This document shows, in pieces, positions 19,274-27,132 of a DNA stretch of 47,362 bases. Location of the stretch: the NCBI GenBank assembly GCA_051955775.1, contig JBQCGJ010000094.1, positions 1 through 47,362 of the forward strand, read 5' to 3'. Made by a program: the position numbers and the translations under genes. The notes below the pieces were generated by a model. The model worked only from the letters and a program-made list of their open reading frames with translations, was not told where the DNA came from and did no database searches. This DNA is from Gaiellales bacterium. GTDB taxonomy: Bacteria > Actinomycetota > Thermoleophilia > Gaiellales > JAICJC01. Within the stretch, counting starts at the first letter, position 1. Each line of letters opens with the position of its first letter.

Positions 19274-20626
19274 TCAGCCCGCTGTGGACGCCAGCGGACG
19301 CACGCCGCAGGCGTGGCCCACGGCGTCCTCCAGGATGTCCAGCGCCTCGTCGATCTGCTCGTCGGTGGCGACCAGGGCCACCAGCACCCGGATGCAGTTT
19401 CCGAGCACGCCCGCCTTGAGCAGGATCAGGCCGTTCTGGGCGGCGTGATCGACCACGGCGGTGGCGACGTCGGCCGCGGGCTCCTTTGACCCCCGGTCGT
19501 GCACGAACTCCATGGCGAGCATCGGCCCCAACCCGCGCACCTCGCCGATCTGGTCGTGCCGCTCGGCCATGGCCTCCATCCGCCGGCGGATGCGCTGGCC
19601 GATCGCCGTGCCGCGGGCCAGCAGATCCCGGCTGTCGATCTCGTCGAGCACGGCCAGCGCTGCCACACACCCCAGCGGCGACCCCACATAGGTGCCGCCG
19701 ATCGCGCTCTCGTGCGGGGCGTCCATCAGTGCCGCACGTCCCACGACGCCGGACATGGGGACGCCGGCGGCGATCGACTTGGCCACCGTGATCAGGTCCG
19801 GCTCGATGCCGAAGTGCTCGATCCCGAACATGCGGCCGGTACGGCCGAAGCCCGACTGCACCTCGTCGGCGATCAGCACGATCCCGTGTTCGGATGCGAT
19901 CTCGCGCAGGCCCCGCACGAACTCCGCCGGCGGCACCACGAATCCGCCCTCGCCCTGCACGGGCTCGAAGATGATGGCGGCGACGTGCGTGGGGTCGATA
20001 TGCGTGACCAGCATCCGCCGCAGGGCGTCCAGGGCCTCGCCGGCCGGGTCCGAGCCCACCCAGCGGTACGGGTTGGGGAACGGCGCCCGGTACACCTCGG
20101 GGGCGAACGGGCCCATGCCCACCTTGTACGGGTGCTGCTTGGACGTCAGCGACATGGCCATCAGGGTGCGTCCGTGGAAGGCGCCCTCGAAGGCGATCAC
20201 CGCCTGCCGGCCGGTGGCCAGCTTGGCCACCTTGACGGCGTTCTCGACCGCCTCGGCGCCGGAGTTGAAGAACGCCGCCTTCTTCGGCCCGGAGATGGGC
20301 ACGCGCTCGACCAGCCGCTCGCCCAGCTCGACGTAGCTCTCGTACGGGACGATGGTGAAGTCGGTGTGCAGGAAGCGGTCGACCTGCCGGTGCAGGGCGG
20401 CCGACACGGCCGCGTTGGTGTGCCCGACATTCAGGCAGCCGATGCCGCCGGACCAGTCCAGGAAGGTGTTGCCGTCGACGTCGGTGACGACGCAGCCGTG
20501 GCCGGAGTCGATCACGACCGGCATGTGGATGTCCTTGAAGTCCGCGATGACGCGGCGCTTTCGATCCAGGATCTCCCGCGACTTTGGGCCCGGCACCTCG
20601 GTACGAACGTCAACCGTCCTCGCCAC
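19274..20626 (-). CDS. gabT: class-III PLP-dependent aminotransferase (4-aminobutyrate aminotransferase-like)
   Basis: Full-length class-III transaminase similarity (GHTNAAV..., DEVQSGFGRTG, ITVAKSI). GTG start is preceded by AAGAGGAGG. Confidence 0.88.
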   Translation of the reverse strand: MARTVDVRTEVPGPKSREILDRKRRVIADFKDIHMPVVIDSGHGCVVTDVDGNTFLDWSGGIGCLNVGHTNAAVSAALHRQVDRFLHTDFTIVPYESYVELGERLVERVPISGPKKAAFFNSGAEAVENAVKVAKLATGRQAVIAFEGAFHGRTLMAMSLTSKQHPYKVGMGPFAPEVYRAPFPNPYRWVGSDPAGEALDALRRMLVTHIDPTHVAAIIFEPVQGEGGFVVPPAEFVRGLREIASEHGIVLIADEVQSGFGRTGRMFGIEHFGIEPDLITVAKSIAAGVPMSGVVGRAALMDAPHESAIGGTYVGSPLGCVAALAVLDEIDSRDLLARGTAIGQRIRRRMEAMAERHDQIGEVRGLGPMLAMEFVHDRGSKEPAADVATAVVDHAAQNGLILLKAGVLGNCIRVLVALVATDEQIDEALDILEDAVGHACGVRPLASTAG

Positions 20627-20707
20627 CGAAACCTCCTCTTATTGGCGGGATCGCAAGGTCCTCCAGCGTATCACGGGCACCCGGCGGCCCGGTAGAATCG
20701 CGCTCCG

Positions 20708-21280
20708 ATGGTGCTCTCCGATCGCTCCATCCGGGAAGAGATCGCCGCCGGGCGGATCGTCATCGACCCGTTCGACGACGCCCTGGTGCAACCATGCTCG
20801 GTCGACGTGCGGGTGGGGTCGGCGTTCCGGGTCTTCCGCAACTCGCGGTACCCGTACATCGACGTCAAGCAGCCGATGGAAGACCTGACCGAGCTGGTCA
20901 CGGTGGCCGGCGACGACCCCTTCATCCTGCACCCGGGCGAGTTCGTGCTGGGGGTCGTGCTGGAGCGGATCGGCCTGCCCGACGACATCGTGGCCACGCT
21001 GGACGGCAAGAGCTCCCTGGGGCGCCTGGGCCTCGTCGTGCACCAGACAGCCGGCGTGGTGGACGCCGGGTTCGACGGCCACATCACGCTCGAGCTGGCC
21101 AATGTGGCCAACCTGCCCATCACCGTGTATCCGCGGATGCGCATCGCCCAGCTCAGCTTCATGACCATGACCACCCCGGCCGATCGCCCGTACGGCTCGG
21201 GCTCGCTCGGCTCCAAGTACCAGGGCCAGGCCGAGCCCACGCCCAGCCGGTACCACCTCAACTTCGCGGACCGCCCATGA
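20708..21280 (+). CDS. dcd: dCTP deaminase
   Basis: Motifs MVLSDRSIRE..., VDVRVG and GFDGHITLEL. Confidence 0.92.
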   Translation: MVLSDRSIREEIAAGRIVIDPFDDALVQPCSVDVRVGSAFRVFRNSRYPYIDVKQPMEDLTELVTVAGDDPFILHPGEFVLGVVLERIGLPDDIVATLDGKSSLGRLGLVVHQTAGVVDAGFDGHITLELANVANLPITVYPRMRIAQLSFMTMTTPADRPYGSGSLGSKYQGQAEPTPSRYHLNFADRP

Positions 21281-22116
21281 GGGTGCTGGTCACCGGCGGC
21301 ACGGGCTACGTCGGCCGGGAACTGGTGGCCCGGCTGCGCGAGGACGGGCACGAGGCCACCCCGTTCTCGCGGGCATCCGGAGGTGACGTGCGCGACACGC
21401 AGGCTGTGGAGTCGGCGGTCGAGGGCCAGGAGGCGATCTGCCACCTGGTGGCGATCCTGGACGGATCGGACGCCGACTTCGAGGCCGTCAATGCTCAGGG
21501 CACGAGGAACGTCGTCGACGCGGCCAAGGCGGCCGGCGTCCGCCGGTTCCTGCTGATGAGCGCGTCCGGCGTCAACGAGCAGAACGCCACCCGCACCCGG
21601 TACTGGGGCAGCAAGTGGCAGGCCAAGAAGGCCGTCATGGAGAGCGGGCTGGACTGGACGGCGTTCGAGCCCAGCTTCGTGTTCGGCCGCGGCGGGGGGG
21701 CTCTGCAGGAGTTCGAGCGGCTGCTGCGATTGCCGGTGGTGCCGGTGGCGGGCAACGGCAAGTACCGCCATCAGCCGGTGTGGGTGGGCGACGTGGCGTC
21801 CGCCTTCGCCGCCGCTCTCGCCCGTCCGGAGACGGCAGGCCGGCGGTACGAGGTGGGCGGCCCGCAGGTGTTCACGTTCGACGAGCTGCTGGACGAGCTG
21901 GCGCGGATAACCGGCCGCCGGCCGCGGCCGAAGCTGCACGCACCCGTTGGCCTGGCCAAGGCCCAGACGGTGTTTCTGAAGCACCTGCCGCCGCCACTGC
22001 GGGCAACATCCGAGCAGATCGAGATGCTCGTGGCGGGCACCGAGTGCGACATCGGGCCGATGCGCGAGGAGCTGGGGATCGAGCCGGCGTCGCTGGCCGA
22101 CGCGTACACGCGGTAG
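21277..22116 (+). CDS. NAD(P)H-binding SDR (NDUFA9/NmrA-like epimerase family)
   Basis: MRVLVTGGTGYVG Rossmann motif. ATGA overlap with dcd. Confidence 0.8.
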   Translation: MRVLVTGGTGYVGRELVARLREDGHEATPFSRASGGDVRDTQAVESAVEGQEAICHLVAILDGSDADFEAVNAQGTRNVVDAAKAAGVRRFLLMSASGVNEQNATRTRYWGSKWQAKKAVMESGLDWTAFEPSFVFGRGGGALQEFERLLRLPVVPVAGNGKYRHQPVWVGDVASAFAAALARPETAGRRYEVGGPQVFTFDELLDELARITGRRPRPKLHAPVGLAKAQTVFLKHLPPPLRATSEQIEMLVAGTECDIGPMREELGIEPASLADAYTR

Positions 22117-22132
22117 ATCGCCGGTCGCGCGC

Positions 22133-22162
22133 TTGATCGGCGTCGTCCGTCGTTGCTACCAT
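22133..22162 (+). promoter_or_regulatory. candidate sigma-A-type promoter (TTGATC-N18-TACCAT)
   Basis: The hexamers sit at 22133-22138 and 22157-22162, inside a convergent intergenic region with no downstream CDS. Confidence 0.3.
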
Positions 22163-22168
22163 CCGGGC

Positions 22169-22395
22169 TACCACGGAAAGGAGGTGGTCCGACTTGTTAG
22201 AAGGCTCAAGACGGGCGAGTGGAGGTGCTCGCGGGTAGGGGCGAGTCCCTGAACCGAGAGGGAATCGCTGCAGCCGGCGTTGGGACAGCCTCCGCCACCT
22301 CCGGGTGGTCGGAATCGGCAATCGCCGCTACCTAATCCAAGCGATCTCACCGTCACGGGGCGCGTTGGCTTGTACGCTAACGCGCCCCGTGGTGC
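22169..22395 (+). ncRNA. candidate structured small RNA (family not recognised)
   Basis: 327-bp gap between convergent genes. Hairpins at 22215-22232, 22241-22268 and 22295-22308. GGAGGTGG (22180-22187) is complementary to CCACCTCC (22295-22302). A terminal 13-bp stem lies at 22354-22391. No ORF here has genome-typical codon usage. Confidence 0.3.
22354..22391. terminator. 13-bp perfect stem hairpin between convergent genes
   Basis: CACGGGGCGCGTT-N12-AACGCGCCCCGTG, followed on the plus strand by GUGCUUCUC. Confidence 0.55.
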
Positions 22396-22443
22396 TTCTC
22401 GGCCACAGAGTGCGGCGCGCAGGGCGCCCGCAGACCAGCCTCG

Positions 22444-23181
22444 CTACATGCCCCAGCGATCCTGGCCCAGGAGTTGGAGTTCCGGGCCCGCATCCGCCAG
22501 TGCCGACACCGCGCCGTCTCCCCGCTCCTCGACCCGCACCGAGACCGTCCGCGCCAGCCTGTCCTCGACCTCGATCTCGGCGCCTGCGGAGTCGCGCATG
22601 ATCGTCGTCGAGTCCTCGCCGTCCCCGTCGCGGCGCTCGATGGTGTAGGTCAGCCCCGGCTCCACCCCGGCCCGCTTCATGTAGTGCAGGATCTCCTCGG
22701 CCTCGTTCTCCAGCCGCAGCACCGTGACCCGGCTGCCGGCCGGCACGGCCGGGATGGGCTCGCCGGGCTCGCGCGGGTAGTCGCCGATCGGATGGCCGTG
22801 CGGGCACGTCCGCACCTCGCCGATCATCTCCAGCATCTTGGCCTCGATGCGCGGCGACACCGAATGCTCCATGGCGTGCGCCTCCTCGTGCACGTCGTCC
22901 CACGGCAGCCCCATCACCTTGACCAGGTAGGCCTCGACCAGCCTGTGACGCGCGACGATCCGCTCGGCAACCTCACGGCCGCGGTCCGTGAAGTGGATCA
23001 GCTTGTGCTCGTCCCGGCGCACGAGTCCGTCGTCGACCAGCCGTCGCAGCATCTCGCTGGCAGAGGGCTGCGACACCTGAAGCGCGCGGGCCAGGTTTGC
23101 CTGGGTGCGCTCGATGCCGGCCTCGTACATCCAGTAGATGCTCTCCAGGTACTCCTGAGCGGCCTCGGACAGCGTGTCCAT
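22444..23181 (-). CDS. DtxR/IdeR/MntR family metal-dependent transcriptional regulator with a C-terminal FeoA/SH3-like domain
   Basis: HTH region (LARALQVSQPSASEMLRRL). Metal-site region (HEEAHAMEHSVSP..., CPHGHPI). Confidence 0.85.
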   Translation of the reverse strand: MDTLSEAAQEYLESIYWMYEAGIERTQANLARALQVSQPSASEMLRRLVDDGLVRRDEHKLIHFTDRGREVAERIVARHRLVEAYLVKVMGLPWDDVHEEAHAMEHSVSPRIEAKMLEMIGEVRTCPHGHPIGDYPREPGEPIPAVPAGSRVTVLRLENEAEEILHYMKRAGVEPGLTYTIERRDGDGEDSTTIMRDSAGAEIEVEDRLARTVSVRVEERGDGAVSALADAGPELQLLGQDRWGM

Positions 23182-23220
23182 ACGGGCGCCGAGTATAAGC
23201 GCCGCCCGGCTGCCACGAGT

Positions 23221-23523
23221 TCACACCTGGACGAACACCTCGCCGTCTCGCACGACCACCGGAAACGCCTCCACGTCCTCGGTGGCGGGCAGCGCCAGCA
23301 CGGCGCCGGTGCGCACGTCGAAGCGCGCGCCGTGCCGCGGGCAGATCACGTCGAAGCCCTCCCTGTCGCCCTCGCACAGCGGCCCGTCGTCGTGGCTGCA
23401 GCGATCCTCGATCGCGTACAGCTCGTCGTCGATCCGGTACACACCCACGAACAGCGAGCCGGACTGGACGATGGTCACGCCGCCCTCGGGCAGCTCGTCC
23501 AGGCGGCCTACCCGGACTTCCAC
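23221..23523 (-). CDS. Rieske [2Fe-2S] ferredoxin-like protein (SUF-associated)
   Basis: CSHDDGPL ... CPRHGARF Rieske motif. GTG at 23523 overlaps the sufU end by 16 nt. The longer track ORF N-terminus is implausible. Confidence 0.8.
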   Translation of the reverse strand: MEVRVGRLDELPEGGVTIVQSGSLFVGVYRIDDELYAIEDRCSHDDGPLCEGDREGFDVICPRHGARFDVRTGAVLALPATEDVEAFPVVVRDGEVFVQV

Positions 23524-23933
23524 GTGATGCCGTCGCCGTCCTCGCCCCACTCGGGGGGCGCCTCGCCCTTGAGGTCGGCCAGCGCGACCCTGAGCACACC
23601 CACCGACAGCATCGCGCACTTCAGCCGCAGCGGCATCAGCGGGATCCCGAGCTCGTCCAGCACGTCGTCCTTGCCGATCTGCTCGACCTCCGACACGGGT
23701 CGGCCCTTGACCGCCTCGGAGATCATCGAGGCCGCGGCCTGGCTGATCGCGCAGCCCTGTCCGTTGTAGCGGACGTCCGTGACCACGCCGTCCTCGACCA
23801 GGAGCTCAACGGACAACTCGTCGCCGCACAACGGGTTGACGCCCTCGGCCGTGACCGTGGGATGGTCGAGATGCCCGTGGTTGCGCGGGTGGTTGTAGTG
23901 ATCGAGGATGTTCTCCCGGTACAGGTCGTCCAT
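23508..23933 (-). CDS. sufU: SUF system NifU/IscU-type Fe-S scaffold protein
   Basis: Motifs NPLCGDEL, GQGCAIS and LKCAML. Confidence 0.9.
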   Translation of the reverse strand: MDDLYRENILDHYNHPRNHGHLDHPTVTAEGVNPLCGDELSVELLVEDGVVTDVRYNGQGCAISQAAASMISEAVKGRPVSEVEQIGKDDVLDELGIPLMPLRLKCAMLSVGVLRVALADLKGEAPPEWGEDGDGITWKSG

Positions 23934-23969
23934 GCTGGACGGAAGTCTACTTGGACCGCCTCAGGCCCC

Positions 23970-25217
23970 TCACACGCCGAAGGTGCGCTTGACCTTGTCC
24001 AACCCGCGGGCCAGCGCGTCCAGGTCCTCCACCGTGTTGTAGAGATAGAGCGATGCGCGGGCGGTCGCGACCAGGCCGTAGCGGCGCATCGCGGGCTGCG
24101 TGCAGTGGTGGCCCGCGCGCACGCAAACGCCATCGGTGTCCAGCACCTGAGCCACGTCGTGGGAGTGCACGCCGTCGACCACGAACGACAGCACCCCGCC
24201 GCGGTCGGGGGGCGGCGGGCCGTACACGGTCACGCCGTCGATCCCGGACAGGAGCTCGTACCCGTACTCCACCAGGGTCTGCTCGTGCGCGTGGATCGCC
24301 TCCAGACCGATGGCGGTGATGTAGTCGACGGCGGCCCCGAACGCGACCACCTCGGCCACCGGCGGGACACCGGCCTCGAACTTGTACGGAAGCTCGTTCC
24401 AGCTCGTGCGGTCGAGCCCCACCTGCGCGATCTGCCCGCCTCCGGTGAGGAAGGGATCCATGTCCCGCAGGAGCTGCTCACGGCCCCACAGCGCGCCCAC
24501 GCCGGGGCCGCACATCTTGTGGCCGGAGATCGCGTAGAAGTCGCACCCCAGCTCCTTCACGTCCACCGGCCGGTGGGGCGCCGCCTGGGCGCCGTCCACC
24601 ACCATCACCGCGTCCCGCTCGTGCGCCCAGCGCGACAACGCCTGGATGTCGTTCACGGTGCCCAGCGAGTTGGACACGTGGCCGGCGGCGACCAGCTTGA
24701 TGTTCTCGACGCTGCTCAGCTTCTCCAGCGACTCCGGGTCGAGCTCCCCGCCGTCGCCCAGCCGCAGGTAGTGCATGGTGGCGCCGGTGCGCTGCGCCAG
24801 CAGCTGCCACGGCACCAGGTTGGAGTGATGCTCCATCTCGGTGGACACGATGGCGTCGCCGGGGCCGATGAACTTGAGGCCGTACCCGTAGGCGACCAGG
24901 TTCAGCCCCTCCGTGGAGTTGCGGACGAAGATCACCTCGCTGCGGGAGCGGGCGCCGAGCAGGGCTGCCACCTTGTCCCGCGTGCCCTCGTAGCGTTCGG
25001 TGGCGGTCTCGCCCAGGCGGTACACGGCCCGGTGCACCGCCGCGTACGAGGTCTCGTACACGTCGACCAGGGTGTCGATGACCGCTCGCGGCTTCTGGGA
25101 CGAGGCCGCCGAGTCGAGATAGTGCAGCGGCCCGCCGCCGGGTGGGTTGGCCAGGATCGGGAAGTCCTGCTTCAACCGCTGGGCGTCGAGCGGCGTCTTG
25201 GCCGGGGCAACCGCCAT
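23970..25217 (-). CDS. sufS: cysteine desulfurase, SufS type
   Basis: Class-V aminotransferase (SGHKMCGP, RAGHHCTQP). Confidence 0.92.
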   Translation of the reverse strand: MAVAPAKTPLDAQRLKQDFPILANPPGGGPLHYLDSAASSQKPRAVIDTLVDVYETSYAAVHRAVYRLGETATERYEGTRDKVAALLGARSRSEVIFVRNSTEGLNLVAYGYGLKFIGPGDAIVSTEMEHHSNLVPWQLLAQRTGATMHYLRLGDGGELDPESLEKLSSVENIKLVAAGHVSNSLGTVNDIQALSRWAHERDAVMVVDGAQAAPHRPVDVKELGCDFYAISGHKMCGPGVGALWGREQLLRDMDPFLTGGGQIAQVGLDRTSWNELPYKFEAGVPPVAEVVAFGAAVDYITAIGLEAIHAHEQTLVEYGYELLSGIDGVTVYGPPPPDRGGVLSFVVDGVHSHDVAQVLDTDGVCVRAGHHCTQPAMRRYGLVATARASLYLYNTVEDLDALARGLDKVKRTFGV

Positions 25218-25220
25218 GCC

Positions 25221-25235
25221 TGCAGTCTAGATGCC
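25221..25235 (-). promoter_or_regulatory. promoter/operator-like motif shared with the sufC upstream region (contains a TAGACT -10 box)
   Basis: TGCAGTCTAG-ATGCC here versus TGCAGTCTAG-cg-ATGCC at 29373-29389. On the minus strand TAGACT lies 6 nt upstream of the sufS ATG and there is no SD. Confidence 0.5.
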
Positions 25236-25277
25236 AACCCTCTGCAGCCCGTCACCGCAAGATGCCCCCCGCCCCAA

Positions 25278-25310
25278 CCCGTACCGGGTACAGGTTGGTC
25301 GCCTTTACAA
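25278..25310 (-). repeat. REP-like inverted repeat, left flank of RayT
   Basis: Its reverse complement TTGTAAA-GGCGACCAACC-TGTACCCGGTAC-GGG matches 25933-25965 at TTGTAAA and TGTACCCGGTACGGG. Confidence 0.85.
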
Positions 25311-25838
25311 ATCCCGCTCGACGTAGCGGCGCATGGCGGCGTCGCTCCCAAACTGGCGAAGAAACCAATCCGACCGCAGCCCCTCCGGCAGCCAGGCTCC
25401 GGACACCGATGCCGAATAGCTCGACCACCGCCAATCCTCGGGACGAGCGACGAGACCGGCCCTAACCGGGTTCAGCGCGATGTAGCGCGCAAGCTCGATT
25501 GCGTGCGACTCGTGCTCCACGAGCGCCGCGCGAAACCGGCTCTGGAAAACGTGCCCGACCCGCTCGTACAGCTTGTTGAACATCCTCGCGTATCCGAGCC
25601 CGATCGCCCGCATGCCCTGCGAGAGGTCGCCGTCGGGGGCCTGCAGCAGGAGGTGGTAGTGATTGTCCATGAGGCAGAAGGAGTGGCAGCTCCATCCTCG
25701 GCTCACCGCCTGCGTTTCAACCAGCCACAGAAACAGCTTCCTGTCGCCATCCGACCGGAAGATGTCCTGGCCTGTTGCGCCGCGGTTCGTGATGTGAGCG
25801 GTCGCGCCGGCGGGAAGCACACGTGGTGTTCGGGGCAT
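25305..25838 (-). CDS. REP-associated tyrosine transposase (IS200-like Y1/HUH family)
   Basis: DNHYHLLL (HUH) and RYIALNPVRAGLV...WRWSSY motifs. The ATG at 25838 gives MPRTPRVL. Confidence 0.85.
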   Translation of the reverse strand: MPRTPRVLPAGATAHITNRGATGQDIFRSDGDRKLFLWLVETQAVSRGWSCHSFCLMDNHYHLLLQAPDGDLSQGMRAIGLGYARMFNKLYERVGHVFQSRFRAALVEHESHAIELARYIALNPVRAGLVARPEDWRWSSYSASVSGAWLPEGLRSDWFLRQFGSDAAMRRYVERDL

Positions 25839-25932
25839 GCCCTCAACGTAACCCGCACGCCTCGCAGGATGAACCCCGTCGGGTCCTGATTTCACACTCC
25901 GGGCGCTGACTCGTCACACACAGTTGTAAAGA

Positions 25933-25965
25933 CGGGACACCTGTACCCGGTACGGGGTACTCCGG
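25933..25965 (+). repeat. REP-like inverted repeat, right flank of RayT
   Basis: TTGTAAA-GACGGGACACC-TGTACCCGGTAC-GGG. It includes the imperfect palindrome CCTGTACCCGGTACGGG. Confidence 0.85.
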
Positions 25966-25983
25966 GGGTGGTCGGGCTGGGCG

Positions 25984-27132
25984 TCAGGCGGGCAGGCGGC
26001 TTTCGATCGCCGCGGACACCCGCTCGCGGACGGGATCGGAGCCGATCCGCTCCAGCACGTCCTCGAAGAACCCGCGCACGATCAGCCGCTGCGCCTGACC
26101 CCGGGTCAGCCCGCGGGCCATCAGGTAGAACAGCTGCGCCTGGTCGACCTGGCCCACGGTTGCGCCGTGCGTGCAGCGCACGTCGTTGGCCTGGATCTCC
26201 AGTCCGGGGATCGGAGTGGCCTGGGCGTCGGTGGACAGCAGCAGGTTCCGGTTCTCCTGGTACGCGTCCGTCTTCTGCGCGTCCTTGTCGACGCGGATCA
26301 CACCCCGCCACACCGCCCGTGCGCGATCGTCCAGAACGCCCTTGAAGGCAAGGTCAGAGGTCGTGTTCGGCGCCCCGTGCTCCTGGGTGGTGTCGAAGTC
26401 GGCGTGCTCTCGCCCCGTCAGGTAGTAGGCGCCGGTGACCTTGACCGTCGCTCCCGGGGCCGCCAGGTAGTTCTCCATGCGCGACTTCGCGCGGTCGCCG
26501 CCGACGGCAGCCGCCACCCAGTCAAGCTCCGCGTCGCGGCCGACCGTGGCGCGGTGGGTGCCGAACTGCCGCGTTCCGGGGTCGTGCTCCTGCACGGTCA
26601 CGTACTCCAGCCGCGCCTCGTCGCCCACGATCAGCTCCACGACCACGTTCATGTAGACGGGGCCGGACGACCGGAACTCCTCCAGGAACGTCGCCTTCGC
26701 GCCCCGCTCGAGCACGATCAGCACCCGGTGGAACGCCGCGCTGCCCTCGCCGCCCAACTCGACCACGGAGCTCAGCGGCTGCTCCACCGACACCCCCGCG
26801 GGCACGTACACCAGCACGCCGTCCTGCCAGTGCGCGGCATTCGCCGCTGCGAACTTCTCGCCGTCGGGGACGACGGAGCCGAGATGCCGCTCGACCAGCT
26901 CGGGCCGCTCGGCGACCGCCTCGCCGAGGCGCATGAAGGCCACGCCGTCCGGCACGTCGCCACCCAGCTCGATGGCAGCCGGCTGCGGCTGGTAGCCGTC
27001 CGGGTCGAACCCGCGCAGGTTGGTGAACCGCCACGCCTCCTCACGGTTGGTGGGAACCGGCAGCGACTCGTACACCGCCAGCGCAGCCGACCGCTTGCCC
27101 GCCAGCCAGGCGGGCTCAGCAAGCGTGGTCAC
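25984..27132 (-). CDS. sufD: Fe-S cluster assembly protein SufD
   Basis: SufD-like beta-helix sequence. The GTG start shares 1 nt with the sufB stop (TAGTG). The 803-aa track ORF is an out-of-frame extension over sufB. Confidence 0.88.
   Translation of the reverse strand: MTTLAEPAWLAGKRSAALAVYESLPVPTNREEAWRFTNLRGFDPDGYQPQPAAIELGGDVPDGVAFMRLGEAVAERPELVERHLGSVVPDGEKFAAANAAHWQDGVLVYVPAGVSVEQPLSSVVELGGEGSAAFHRVLIVLERGAKATFLEEFRSSGPVYMNVVVELIVGDEARLEYVTVQEHDPGTRQFGTHRATVGRDAELDWVAAAVGGDRAKSRMENYLAAPGATVKVTGAYYLTGREHADFDTTQEHGAPNTTSDLAFKGVLDDRARAVWRGVIRVDKDAQKTDAYQENRNLLLSTDAQATPIPGLEIQANDVRCTHGATVGQVDQAQLFYLMARGLTRGQAQRLIVRGFFEDVLERIGSDPVRERVSAAIESRLPA

Larger units (their letters stand above)
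25278..25965 (-). mobile_element. REPtron-like unit: RayT-type transposase gene bracketed by inverted REP-like repeats
   Basis: 33-nt inverted repeats bracket a single HUH/Y1 transposase gene within the sufD-sufS intergenic gap. Confidence 0.75.

Noticed and set aside
22194-22238. A 14-codon ORF (TTG start) 9 nt downstream of a near-perfect AAAGGAGGTGG Shine-Dalgarno sequence.
   Set aside because: Its codons are mostly A/T-ending (TTA, GAA, TCA, AGA, AGT, GGA, GGT, GCT), unlike every confident gene here. The SD-like sequence is better explained as one strand of an RNA helix, complementary to CCACCTCC at 22295-22302.
22169-22330. Possible match to SRP RNA, the TPP riboswitch or the cobalamin riboswitch. 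Candidate segments were CCCTGAACCGAGAGGGAA and AGGGAATCGCTGCAGCC.
   Set aside because: Only short partial resemblances were found. The hallmark elements are absent: the GGAA tetraloop with AGCA/GGCA loops of SRP, the CUGAGA plus ACCUGAUCUGGAUAAUGCCAGCG element of TPP, and the B12 box. No downstream gene exists for a riboswitch either.
22168-22356. A 62-aa minus-strand ORF in the convergent intergenic region.
   Set aside because: It has no RBS, an implausible composition (Gly/Ser/Pro/Arg) and atypical codon usage.
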